Positions 1 to 8,755 of a stretch of 64,000 nt of DNA are shown here, one piece after another. The number at the start of each line of letters is the position of its first letter. Position 1 is the stretch's first letter. The position numbers and the translations under genes are program-made. Below the pieces are notes generated by a model. It made no database searches. It was not told where the DNA came from and was given only the letters and a program-made list of their open reading frames with translations. The stretch is from an uncultured Candidatus Saccharibacteria bacterium (GTDB lineage Bacteria; Patescibacteriota; Saccharimonadia; Saccharimonadales; Saccharimonadaceae), in NCBI GenBank assembly GCA_964499245.1, contig CAZCIN010000001.1, positions 5,106-69,105 on the forward strand, in the 5' to 3' direction.

Positions 1-1
1 C

Positions 2-553
2 CGTCAGCACCCCGTCTTTCAGGCGGTAGCCCATCATTTTTCCAACTGTGGTGCGTCCTTCCTCGAAGGCTTTTTTGATGCGCCATTTTTGGTTTTCACT
101 GGCAGAGTAGCTTTCCGCCTGTGCATAAGCGGCGAGCAGGGTGATAAGAAATTCCCCGTTCTCTGAAAGCGAATGGATATTGTCTTTTTCAAAATACACA
201 TCGATTCCGAGGGCTTTTAGCTCGCGCAGTGTACTTAAAAGCACCACCGTGTTGCGGGCAAAGCGTGTAAACGCTTTGGTGAGGATCAGGTCAACCTTGC
301 CTGCCCGGCAGTCCGCCAGCAGCTGCTGAAATGCTGGCCGCATCTCCTTCGTGCCGGAAATGCCCCGGTCTTCATAGATACCGGCAAATTCCCAATTGGG
401 GTTTGCCTTGATCTGCGCTGTGTAAACTTCCGCCTGATTTTCCAGAGAATTTAGCGCCATTTCTTTTTCCGTGGAGACACGGACATAAGCAGCCACCCGT
501 TTCTTCCTGTGCCGCGGGCTGACTGTCTGGCTGTCTAATTTCTCAATCCTCAT
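2..553 (-). CDS. Large serine recombinase, N-terminal resolvase domain (runs off the window)
   Basis: Hand translation MRIEKLDSQTVSPRHRKKRVAAYVRVSTEKE...YEDRGISGT...DLILTKAFTRFARN; catalytic YxRVS motif; AGGAG RBS; not in the ORF track because it is truncated. Confidence 0.92.
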   Translation of the reverse strand, partial: MRIEKLDSQTVSPRHRKKRVAAYVRVSTEKEMALNSLENQAEVYTAQIKANPNWEFAGIYEDRGISGTKEMRPAFQQLLADCRAGKVDLILTKAFTRFARNTVVLLSTLRELKALGIDVYFEKDNIHSLSENGEFLITLLAAYAQAESYSASENQKWRIKKAFEEGRTTVGKMMGYRLKDGVLT

Positions 554-614
554 AATGCATCATCTCCTTTTTGGTGTTGGAAAGAGGGGGCAGAACGCCC
601 CCTCAGCCTGTAAG

Positions 615-845
615 TTACAATTTCCTGATTTCATCCTCCCCATAGACTGCGCCGAGGCTGCAACCGTTCTCCCAGCTGACAAACACGGTGCCCGTGTCGT
701 CTACTGATTTTACGGTGCCTTTTAAGCCCGGCGGCATATCGCGGTATGGGTCATTCATGGAAACCAGTTCTACCTTTGTGCCTGCGGGATATTGTTCCCG
801 TATTTTTTCTACTATTTCCCGGCTTGGGAACTTCATCTGCGGCAT
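615..845 (-). CDS. DUF4314-type small protein
   Basis: YPAGTKVELVSMNDPY...GTVKSVDDTGTVFVSWENGCSLG pattern, typical neighbour of clostridial recombinases. Confidence 0.8.
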   Translation of the reverse strand: MPQMKFPSREIVEKIREQYPAGTKVELVSMNDPYRDMPPGLKGTVKSVDDTGTVFVSWENGCSLGAVYGEDEIRKL

Positions 846-926
846 GGTGTCTGCTCCTTTCTTTTCTGCGTCACTCTATTAGTCACTCAGGTTGGCATTT
901 CCATCAAGTCTTGATATCATGCCGGA

Positions 927-1385
927 TCATGGCATAGTGTCAGCGTTCCCCGCCTTGCCCGAATCCTCCACAGCCTTCAGAAGAATTTCCCGGTCAAAAT
1001 CCGCATCAAGATATCCTTGATGGATTGTCCCAAGATACCCCCTGCCCGGTGCGCAGTAATGTCTGCCTTCCGTGTTCATGATGTAGACCATTGCATAAAC
1101 CCGGCGGCCATTTACCGTGACCCGCAGCCGTTCCTTGCGGTAAAGGCAGGGCCAGCCTTCATAGCGGTCAAGCGCCTGTTCGTCCCCCGGCTGAATCCGC
1201 CAGACCAGGACGGGGACTTCCCCGCCTTTGCGGCGTTCAATCGTCGCTACCGAGTAGAACATCAGCCGCCAGTTCCTCAGTGTCGCTGTTCCCACGACCT
1301 GTGCCGTGGGACAGCGGTGTGCCATCTGCTCCAGATTGAGGTTGGAGCCGTAGGCGATGTAGAGCCTTTCTTTCCTATTCTTCAT
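927..1385 (-). CDS. Gamma-glutamylcyclotransferase (AIG2-like) family protein
   Basis: LYIAYGSNLN and LDRYEG motifs; start moved to MKNRKE. Confidence 0.88.
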   Translation of the reverse strand: MKNRKERLYIAYGSNLNLEQMAHRCPTAQVVGTATLRNWRLMFYSVATIERRKGGEVPVLVWRIQPGDEQALDRYEGWPCLYRKERLRVTVNGRRVYAMVYIMNTEGRHYCAPGRGYLGTIHQGYLDADFDREILLKAVEDSGKAGNADTMP

Positions 1386-2322
1386 GTGTATTCCCTCCGT
1401 TCCCGATATGGCTTCTGACATTTTCCCGGCTGCCGTAGCGCCAGGCGGCGTTTCCATCCAGATGTTTGTAAAGGTGCTCCCTGCAGCTCTTAAATTCCTC
1501 ACCGATAAAGCCAATGCGGTTTAAATAGGTGCGCATGGCGAACTTCTCGTTCTCGGCCTGGACTTTATGGTAGCGTGCAGACTTCTGTGTAAGGGCCTGA
1601 TGATCCATCGCAAGGGCGAAAACGATATAGGCCCGGACTTTCCCGGCGTGGAGCTCACTGTTGAACCCCCTCAGCTCCACGGTGTGGTTGCCGTGGAAGA
1701 AACTGTGGAGATTGAGGAAATGATACCGGCTCTGGTGGTAATGGGAGTTACGGTTGCCGGCATACTTCTCATACCAAATCCTCTCGATCTGCTCAAATGT
1801 CTTTGGCTTTTGCCGGTTCATCTGATTTACCAGGTAAGCATCCATCTTTTTGCAGTATTCCATCCGGTCCGGTGCAATTTGGAAAGCCTTGTAGAACAGG
1901 TCATTGCGCGAGGCAATCAGGTTCACAAAGTTACGGATGCTGCGCGGGGTGTGTTCGCCCCCGTCCAGATGGATATGGATGCCGCAGGTATTGTTCGTAA
2001 AACCTCCGGCTTTCCGCAGCCTCCTGATGAGTGACTGGATGCTGCCGATATCCTCGTAATAACTGAGGATCGGGCTGACCATCTCCACACTGTAGCTGCT
2101 GTCCGCGCCGACAATCCTCCGGCTCTTTTTCTTCTGGCATCTGATGCTGCCGTCATACATGAATTTCCAGACCCGCCCATCCGGCGCGGTCACTTCGTAG
2201 GCCTCATAGTAGCCGCCGGAATACCTTGCGCTGCCGCGCAGATATTCTGCGGCCGCACCGGCCGCCTTTTCACGGGTAATGCCGGTAAACTCCACCTCAA
2301 TGCCAAATTTGTGTGTAAACAA
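1375..2322 (-). CDS. Putative amidoligase (COOH-NH2 ligase, Amidoligase_2 family)
   Basis: FGIEVEF, EMVSPIL, CGIHIH, TVELRGFN motifs; TTG start behind GGAGGT. Confidence 0.88.
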   Translation of the reverse strand: MFTHKFGIEVEFTGITREKAAGAAAEYLRGSARYSGGYYEAYEVTAPDGRVWKFMYDGSIRCQKKKSRRIVGADSSYSVEMVSPILSYYEDIGSIQSLIRRLRKAGGFTNNTCGIHIHLDGGEHTPRSIRNFVNLIASRNDLFYKAFQIAPDRMEYCKKMDAYLVNQMNRQKPKTFEQIERIWYEKYAGNRNSHYHQSRYHFLNLHSFFHGNHTVELRGFNSELHAGKVRAYIVFALAMDHQALTQKSARYHKVQAENEKFAMRTYLNRIGFIGEEFKSCREHLYKHLDGNAAWRYGSRENVRSHIGNGGNTHEE

Positions 2323-2431
2323 CTGTATCCCACCTCCTTTTTGATTGGCGGCCACGGGAGGCTCTGCGGCACACCGCAGAAAGAAATCCCCGGTGTACCG
2401 CATGCAGTTGTTTCGCTGTTAAAGTTATGCT

Positions 2432-2605
2432 TTAATTTATTACATTTTCCTCCTTTCCCGGCGGCGCGCCGCCGCCAAGGTATCTCTGTGATAATTTCTG
2501 TAAAATCCGATGGTATTCACTAAGCGTGATAAGCCCCTGCCCCAGCAGGTCATCCGTCATGCAACAGAGGGCATGGTACCGAAGCTGGCGTTCAAAAGCT
2601 GTCAT
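2432..2605 (-). CDS. Small SHOCT-like hypothetical protein
   Basis: LLGQGLITLSEY motif; ATGA overlap with the upstream gene. Confidence 0.5.
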   Translation of the reverse strand: MTAFERQLRYHALCCMTDDLLGQGLITLSEYHRILQKLSQRYLGGGAPPGKEENVIN

Positions 2606-3048
2606 CCCCGCACCTCCATACATGTATCTGCCTGCGCAGCTTTCTGGCTGTCGGCAAAACATTTCCGGCAGCAGAACCGTTTATGCGGATTGCCGAAGGC
2701 AGTAAACTCACGCCCGCACTGCTCGCAGACCCGGCTATAAGGGATGCGGCGTTTCTGCTCATTGCCCCATGCGTTCCGGCAGCGGGCTGAACAGAACAGC
2801 TGTTTGCCGCCCAGGGCAGGCTTCTCAAAGTCCCTGCCGCAGTATTTGCATCTGGGCGTAGCGGGCGTCCCCGCGCCCAAAACCACCGCAGGGATAATCT
2901 CATCCGCCTTCGGTGCTTTGCCCATGATATGTCGAAAGGCATAGCGCACAGAACTCTCTCCCCGGCCAAGTTCCCGGCCAATCTGTACAAAACTCTTTCC
3001 CAAAGTCCTCTGTTTCACGATATATTGTTTTTCCTGTTCAGACATCAT
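2602..3048 (-). CDS. HTH plus Cys-rich zinc-finger protein
   Basis: N-terminal SFVQIGRELGRGESSVR helix-turn-helix; CxxC...FCSxxC motif twice. Confidence 0.65.
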   Translation of the reverse strand: MMSEQEKQYIVKQRTLGKSFVQIGRELGRGESSVRYAFRHIMGKAPKADEIIPAVVLGAGTPATPRCKYCGRDFEKPALGGKQLFCSARCRNAWGNEQKRRIPYSRVCEQCGREFTAFGNPHKRFCCRKCFADSQKAAQADTCMEVRG

Positions 3049-3096
3049 GTCTCTTCCCTCCTTCCTGCTATAGCCACGGTGCATAAGTTAAAAATA

Positions 3097-4080
3097 TCAA
3101 AGTGGGCATAGGCAGTCCTCCATATCCAGCTCATCCCGAAGCATGTCGGTAAACTCATCCGGCAGGATTACCGCAAAAACACGCGGGTACTGCGGGAAAG
3201 TCTCACGGATGTGCCGGATCAGCGAACGTTTCCGCGCTTCGTTCTTTACGATCCAGACCACCAGCGGGAATACATCGTCATGCAGGCGCTGTTCGGTGTC
3301 GCTTTTGTAGTATTCATAATAGCGGCGGCATTTTCCGATAATGGTCTGGATGTCCTCAGTGTTCAGGTCTACCTCGATAAACCAGCGCAATTCATACCAT
3401 GCCTCCTCATGGGTCATCCAATCCTGTTTTTCCGTGACAATGGCAAGGTCAGGTTTCAGGATGCGGTTTTTATAACTGCCCTGGTATGGCCGCCAGCAGT
3501 CCGGCTCCACCTGGAGTTCTATAAGTTTCATGTCTTCTTTCTGACAGGTTTCCACCGCCAGCACATAACATTCAGCCACGGAAACAGTATGTGCCAGGGT
3601 TGCAATAGATGGCTCAATGTTACGTTTCCTGATTTCTGGTTCATGGCGGTGTATCTGCAGGATATGCTCGCCGGCTTCGGTCAGGTAATAAATGTATGCC
3701 ATATAGCCACGGCTGCGGCAGTCCACCTTCCGATTGGCGGCGGCAATGAGTCCCAAATCAGACAGAGCTTTCAGGCGGCGGTTGGCAGCGGTCGTGCTGG
3801 CATTTTTACTCGCCCGGCCTGTAAAATAAAGCCGCTGAATCTGTTTTCCGAGGATTGCCCGGCACCGGCAGATGGTGCCAAGAATCTGCCAGTCGAGGTC
3901 GGAGAGTTCCGTCTCCAGTGCAAGCAGGCGCTTTCGGCTGAGCCTTGACGGCGCAGCACTTGTGGCAGGAGATACCGATTCAGAACGGTATCCGTCTTTT
4001 CCCTTATCAGGGGCGGAAGTGCCGCTTTGTGCGCCTTCCGGGAATCCAGTTGTGACTGTGCTGTTCATGGGGTTATTCAT
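3097..4080 (-). CDS. Replication-relaxation (Replic_Relax) family protein
   Basis: Winged-helix N-terminus, LAHTVSVAE, KPDL and FIEVDLNTE motifs. Confidence 0.85.
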   Translation of the reverse strand: MNNPMNSTVTTGFPEGAQSGTSAPDKGKDGYRSESVSPATSAAPSRLSRKRLLALETELSDLDWQILGTICRCRAILGKQIQRLYFTGRASKNASTTAANRRLKALSDLGLIAAANRKVDCRSRGYMAYIYYLTEAGEHILQIHRHEPEIRKRNIEPSIATLAHTVSVAECYVLAVETCQKEDMKLIELQVEPDCWRPYQGSYKNRILKPDLAIVTEKQDWMTHEEAWYELRWFIEVDLNTEDIQTIIGKCRRYYEYYKSDTEQRLHDDVFPLVVWIVKNEARKRSLIRHIRETFPQYPRVFAVILPDEFTDMLRDELDMEDCLCPL

Positions 4081-6253
4081 CCTTCTGCTCCTTCCTGCGG
4101 CGTCCTATGCCGCTCTTTTTGAACCCTTTTGCTTCTTCCTGCGGCGTGGTGGCAGTATCCTGAAATATCCCTTTCAGCTCTGTCTCTACCGCTTCGGCTG
4201 GTGTGCCGTAGCGCGCCATGCTGGCCGCCCTAAGCTCCGCCGCCCCCTGCAGGGGTTCCGGCTTTGGGAGGGTCACGCCCTGCACCCAGCCGGTATTTCT
4301 GCCGCCGCTCTGGAAACTAGCATAGACGTGGTAGCGCATGAGCGAGGCAAAATCCAGCGCCTCCAGCCCGTCAGCCATTGCCGCCATATCCTTGGCGTCC
4401 TTCCCGCTGATGCCGAAAATAATCTTGTTCCGGGCATTGGCATCCACGCCGGAGCGGAGCAGCACCGGCAGCTGGTCACGGTATTGGTGTGCCATGGTAA
4501 TCGCAAGCCCCATGCCCCTTGCCTGCGCCAATGCGTCCGATAAATCGGTTGGCAGTGAGAGGTAATCCTGCAGCTCATCAATGTAGATGCTCACCATTTT
4601 CCGCTTTTCCTGCGGGACATTTGCCCGGCCAAGCGCCAGTGTCCAGGTCAGGCCGACGATCAGTGAGCCAAGCAGCCTTGCAGATTCACCGCCGATAACG
4701 CCTTTATTCAGCGGCACCAGCACAATCTTTGATTCGGTGTAAAGGCTATTTAAGTCAAACTTCGGGTGTCCCTGCCCCAGGCAGTTACGGAGCTTTGGGC
4801 GGAGCAGGAACTGCCGGAGCTTGTTCAAAACGGGCTCGGTCATCTGCTGCCGCTGATATGGGGTCAGGTTCTCAAAACGTGACCAGAAAGGCTTCAGGGC
4901 GATTTCATCTTTTACATTTTTTGTGACGACAGCGCGGAACTTTTCGTTCGTCAGAAGTTCCGGCAGCCACATCAGGGAAGCGCCGTCCACCTCCATGAGT
5001 GTCAGGATGGCAGCCGATAAAATATCCTGTGTGCGGATGCCCCAGCTGTCTGCAAAAATCTCTTTCAAGACTGAAAGTACCGTGTCGGCGGTCAGTTCCT
5101 TGTCCTGCCCCTTTGCACAGGTCAGCGGGTTGAACCCTACCGGCTCCGGGCTGGCCGGATCTATCACCACCACATCTTCTCTGCGGTGCGCGGGAATACG
5201 CTCCAGTACATCATCCACCAGATCCTGCTTCGGGTCGATCACAAGGACACCCCGCCCAGCACCAATATCTGAGAGGATCAGGTTCAGCATGGCGGTAGAC
5301 TTCCCACTCCCCGTAGGCCCTAAAATGATCGTGTGCTCCAGTGCGTCTTTCGGGGAAATACTGAGCCTTTCCCCATTCATGGCAGCCGCAAAGCTCCTGT
5401 CCCCGTTCTTAAACACCGGCTCACTGTACCATCCGGGCGGCAGGGCGGCTTTGGGGTGAAGCGAAACAGTCCCGGGCAGTGCATCCTCGCCTACCGGCAG
5501 GAGCATGAAACCGGAAAGTTCTTTCACCGACAGCCGGAGTGGGAAATGCCATGGCACGCCTGCCCCGGTCAGTTTCTTCGGGTTCTCGCTGGCGGTATAG
5601 ATTTTGACACCTGCCGATTCCAGAATGCGGAAAGCAGCAGTCAGGTTGTGCAGTGGGTCAATATAATCCTTCCAGTTACTGGAGCCGATGCGGATCACCG
5701 CCTGGAACCCGCTCTGTTCGGCTTTTTCCTTTGCCGACTTCACCATGTCGCTGGTGGCTTTCTGTACCGTCCCGGTGATAATCTCCAGCCATGAGGCGTT
5801 CGGATCCTGCATCCCACCAGAGAGCGGCACCGGGCTGTAAGAAGCGCCCAAGACAATCTGTATGGCCAGTTCCTCATTTTCCCCGGTGTTTGCCAGTGCC
5901 GCCAGCCCTGCCCGGAGTACCGCCATGGAAGTGTCCATGTTGAGGGAGAGCAGTTTTTTGGAAGTTTTAAGCTGTGCCGCCCCGGCAGTCTCTTTCCGCG
6001 GGGTCTGACAGATGCTCCCAAAACGGACATCCCCGTGCGCCTTAAAAATGTGTTCTATCTTATCAAGATGCTGGCGTTCCGCGCCGAGCAGGTAACGGAT
6101 TTTACCGCCGCTGCCCCGGCACTCCCACACCACCGCGCCGCGCGGGTGTGTGGCGGCAAGGTGGGAGAGCATACCCCACACCGCTTCAATGGCAAACGGC
6201 CTCTGCCATGCCACTTCCCGCCAGACAAGCTCCTTAAAATCATGTGTACTCAT
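4073..6253 (-). CDS. Type IV coupling protein (VirD4/TraD-like ATPase)
   Basis: Walker A GPTGSGKS, VIDPK, Walker B IYIDELQ, AHQY motif. Confidence 0.85.
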   Translation of the reverse strand: MSTHDFKELVWREVAWQRPFAIEAVWGMLSHLAATHPRGAVVWECRGSGGKIRYLLGAERQHLDKIEHIFKAHGDVRFGSICQTPRKETAGAAQLKTSKKLLSLNMDTSMAVLRAGLAALANTGENEELAIQIVLGASYSPVPLSGGMQDPNASWLEIITGTVQKATSDMVKSAKEKAEQSGFQAVIRIGSSNWKDYIDPLHNLTAAFRILESAGVKIYTASENPKKLTGAGVPWHFPLRLSVKELSGFMLLPVGEDALPGTVSLHPKAALPPGWYSEPVFKNGDRSFAAAMNGERLSISPKDALEHTIILGPTGSGKSTAMLNLILSDIGAGRGVLVIDPKQDLVDDVLERIPAHRREDVVVIDPASPEPVGFNPLTCAKGQDKELTADTVLSVLKEIFADSWGIRTQDILSAAILTLMEVDGASLMWLPELLTNEKFRAVVTKNVKDEIALKPFWSRFENLTPYQRQQMTEPVLNKLRQFLLRPKLRNCLGQGHPKFDLNSLYTESKIVLVPLNKGVIGGESARLLGSLIVGLTWTLALGRANVPQEKRKMVSIYIDELQDYLSLPTDLSDALAQARGMGLAITMAHQYRDQLPVLLRSGVDANARNKIIFGISGKDAKDMAAMADGLEALDFASLMRYHVYASFQSGGRNTGWVQGVTLPKPEPLQGAAELRAASMARYGTPAEAVETELKGIFQDTATTPQEEAKGFKKSGIGRRRKEQKDE

Positions 6254-6266
6254 AATGCTGCCTCCT

Positions 6267-6482
6267 TTACCACCTGTCGCCATGCCGGTTTTTCCAGATA
6301 CGCCAGCCGATAGCTGCTCCGGCTGTCACCGCCGCAATAATGAGCAGCACCCACCAGACTTCGAGGAAGAACTGCACGCCCAGCCGGATCAGGTAGCCGC
6401 TGGCGGCAATGATGACAGCCGCCTCGAAAAGATATCCAATCCACCGGCCGGGGCCGCCCCTGTGGTCTCCACATTCGAACAT
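6267..6482 (-). CDS. Small membrane protein
   Basis: Two hydrophobic segments; sits within the operon. Confidence 0.6.
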   Translation of the reverse strand: MFECGDHRGGPGRWIGYLFEAAVIIAASGYLIRLGVQFFLEVWWVLLIIAAVTAGAAIGWRIWKNRHGDRW

Positions 6483-6488
6483 AAGCCA

Positions 6489-7169
6489 TCACGCTCCCTC
6501 CGTTTTCTTCGTAATATCTTTTGTAGTGTAATCTGCCGATACCGCATTAGCGCATTCCGCTCTTTTCAGGAGATCATATTTCAAAGCGTCACTGTATTGG
6601 GGTACCGGAAAGCCGGGGATAACCACATCGCTTGCGATTTCATTTCCCCAGACGGCCCAGCCGTGGCGGGGACGCCTTGCAAACAGTTCTAAGTATGGGC
6701 CGGGGGATACACGCTCCACGATGTCATAAAATTCCTCCGGCTTATGGGAATGATCCTGTACCGGAAAAAAGCCCCAGTTCGGCTGGCTTTTATATTTTAC
6801 CGGCGCCTTGCCGCGTGTCCCCAGCAGACAGTGTTCTGTGGCATTGCGCAGATATGCCCCCAGCCCGATGCGCGGCTTCACCCATGTAAAGGTTGAACGC
6901 GGCGTAAAACCCCAGACCTCCAGAATGTCATAGCCGATGCGCAGGGTGCCATTCGTCACCCAGAGCCACAGATGGGCATTTTCTTCACAAAGGTCTGCAA
7001 CCGGCAGATCTTTGATCCGAAACGGTTTCAACAGGCTGTAATATCTGACGGCGCCATGCAGCCCATGCTGCAGCACATCCCAGGGCGGGTCGACCACCAC
7101 GGTGGCGGCTCCGTTTGCCAATGTGTCCGGGAATATAGGCATATTTATTGTCATTGCATCAAAACTCAT
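6489..7169 (-). CDS. MT-A70 family adenine methyltransferase (copy 2)
   Basis: VVVDPPW, HLWLWVTN, EHCLLGTRG, HSHKPEEF, LELFARR motifs; start moved to MSFDAM. Confidence 0.9.
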   Translation of the reverse strand: MSFDAMTINMPIFPDTLANGAATVVVDPPWDVLQHGLHGAVRYYSLLKPFRIKDLPVADLCEENAHLWLWVTNGTLRIGYDILEVWGFTPRSTFTWVKPRIGLGAYLRNATEHCLLGTRGKAPVKYKSQPNWGFFPVQDHSHKPEEFYDIVERVSPGPYLELFARRPRHGWAVWGNEIASDVVIPGFPVPQYSDALKYDLLKRAECANAVSADYTTKDITKKTEGA

Positions 7170-7803
7170 AATTTTTCTTCTCCTCTCTGTTTTTGCTGTC
7201 TGGCAAAGCAGACAGAATAGTGCCGCTGTATTTTGGTACTGGAAAACCGGGAACGACCACATCGGAATCAATCTCATTTCCCCAGGCAGCCCAGCCGTGC
7301 CTGCGCCGCCTTGCAAATAACTCCAGGTATGGGCCGGGAGACACACGCTCCACGATGTCATAAAATTCCTCCGGCTTGTGGCTGTGATCCTGTATAGGGA
7401 AAATCCCAACGTTTGGCTGGTTTTTTACCCTGACCGGGGCTTTGCCACGGGTGGCCAGGATGCAGTGTTCGGTGCAGTTTCTCAGGTATACGCCCAGACC
7501 GAGCCGGGGCTTGAACCATGTGAAAATAGAACGGGGTGTGAACCCCCATGCCCTCAGGATGGAGAAACCTTCCTCCATCGTGGCGTTGGTGACCCAGAGC
7601 CAGCAGTGCGCGTTCTCCGCACAGAGGCTTCCGACCGGCAGGGCTTTGATCCGCTCCAGCGTCATGAGTTTATAGTGGTTTACCGCACCATAATTTCCGC
7701 GCTGTTGCACATCCCAGGGCGGGTCAACGATTACCGTGGACGCGCCCTTCGGCATTGTGCCCGGCAGTATGGGAGCCTTTATTTTCATAGCATCAAAAAC
7801 CAT
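7159..7803 (-). CDS. MT-A70 family adenine methyltransferase (copy 1)
   Basis: VIVDPPW, HCWLWVTN, HSHKPEEF, LELFARR motifs. Confidence 0.9.
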   Translation of the reverse strand: MVFDAMKIKAPILPGTMPKGASTVIVDPPWDVQQRGNYGAVNHYKLMTLERIKALPVGSLCAENAHCWLWVTNATMEEGFSILRAWGFTPRSIFTWFKPRLGLGVYLRNCTEHCILATRGKAPVRVKNQPNVGIFPIQDHSHKPEEFYDIVERVSPGPYLELFARRRRHGWAAWGNEIDSDVVVPGFPVPKYSGTILSALPDSKNREEKKNYEF

Positions 7804-7988
7804 GCATTCCTTCCCGACTATTTAATTTTTATTGCCACACCGATTTGACAGGCTGTCAAACCGGCGGGCGATTGGTGCGATTATAACGCCTCCCCGCCAA
7901 AAGCCGTGGAAATATGTAAGTTATGCTTACGCCGTGAGCATAACTTTTACGGTATTGGCATTGCACAGCCCTGTCCATTGGCAGTGTC

Positions 7989-8243
7989 TCAGATATCCTT
8001 ATCCACGGTGTTTTCCCCAAACCCGTGCAGGCAGGCGGCGCTGAACATCTTGCTAAAAGCTTCCATGCCGTCATTGTCCAACAGAAACTCATCCTGGATT
8101 AGCTGACGGAGATACTTGTTTTCTTCCTGCAGATCTGTCAGCCTGCCGGAATTGAAAAAAACTGTATCGACAAGCCAGAGCAGTGCGCTGGCCATCAGCA
8201 GGAGCACAATAATAAGTATAATGATAACTATGTATCCATCCAT
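7989..8243 (-). CDS. Hypothetical protein with N-terminal TM helix
   Basis: ORF with RBS, co-oriented with the operon. Confidence 0.55.
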   Translation of the reverse strand: MDGYIVIIILIIVLLLMASALLWLVDTVFFNSGRLTDLQEENKYLRQLIQDEFLLDNDGMEAFSKMFSAACLHGFGENTVDKDI

Positions 8244-8248
8244 TCCGG

Positions 8249-8572
8249 CTACCTCCTTTCCATCATCTGCTGTAGGCTCTTCCTGGCGTACACCGCCAGT
8301 ATGGCTTCATAATACTCGCGCCCCAGCGGTGCCGCTTCGGATAATTTAGTTGCCATGAAAGCCAGCCCACCGGTATTCTCCATGATGGATTTGGCGAACA
8401 GTACATCCCGGCGGTTCTGGAGGATTGACAGCGCAGCGGACTCCGTGAAGTCCTCCGGGTGTACATACTCCCCTGCGCCTGCCGGGATGAGGCTGATGAT
8501 GTCCTCCGCCTCCGGCGGGGCGTCATAAGTGTTGTAGACATAGTTTCTGTTACTGGTTGTTTGTCTTCGCAT
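8249..8572 (-). CDS. Hypothetical protein, first gene of the mobilisation operon
   Basis: GGAGG RBS, 107-aa ORF. Confidence 0.6.
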   Translation of the reverse strand: MRRQTTSNRNYVYNTYDAPPEAEDIISLIPAGAGEYVHPEDFTESAALSILQNRRDVLFAKSIMENTGGLAFMATKLSEAAPLGREYYEAILAVYARKSLQQMMERR

Positions 8573-8683
8573 TGTGAAAACCTCCTTCTGATTTTTGGAG
8601 GGCTGTTTTATCCCTCTACAACAGAAAGGACTCGCTTTCTCTATTTGAGTAGTAAAAGCAAAATTTTCCTGGAAAAGGCGTAA

Positions 8684-8728
8684 AAAATAAGCCCGCGCTG
8701 TGTGATATGCACAGAACAGGCTTATTTT
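8684..8728 (-). terminator. Intrinsic terminator after the DUF11 gene
   Basis: AAAATAAGCC...GGCTTATTTT inverted repeat with A/T tails. Confidence 0.6.
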
Positions 8729-8755
8729 AGTTATATGGATATTTTAAGTACCGGT

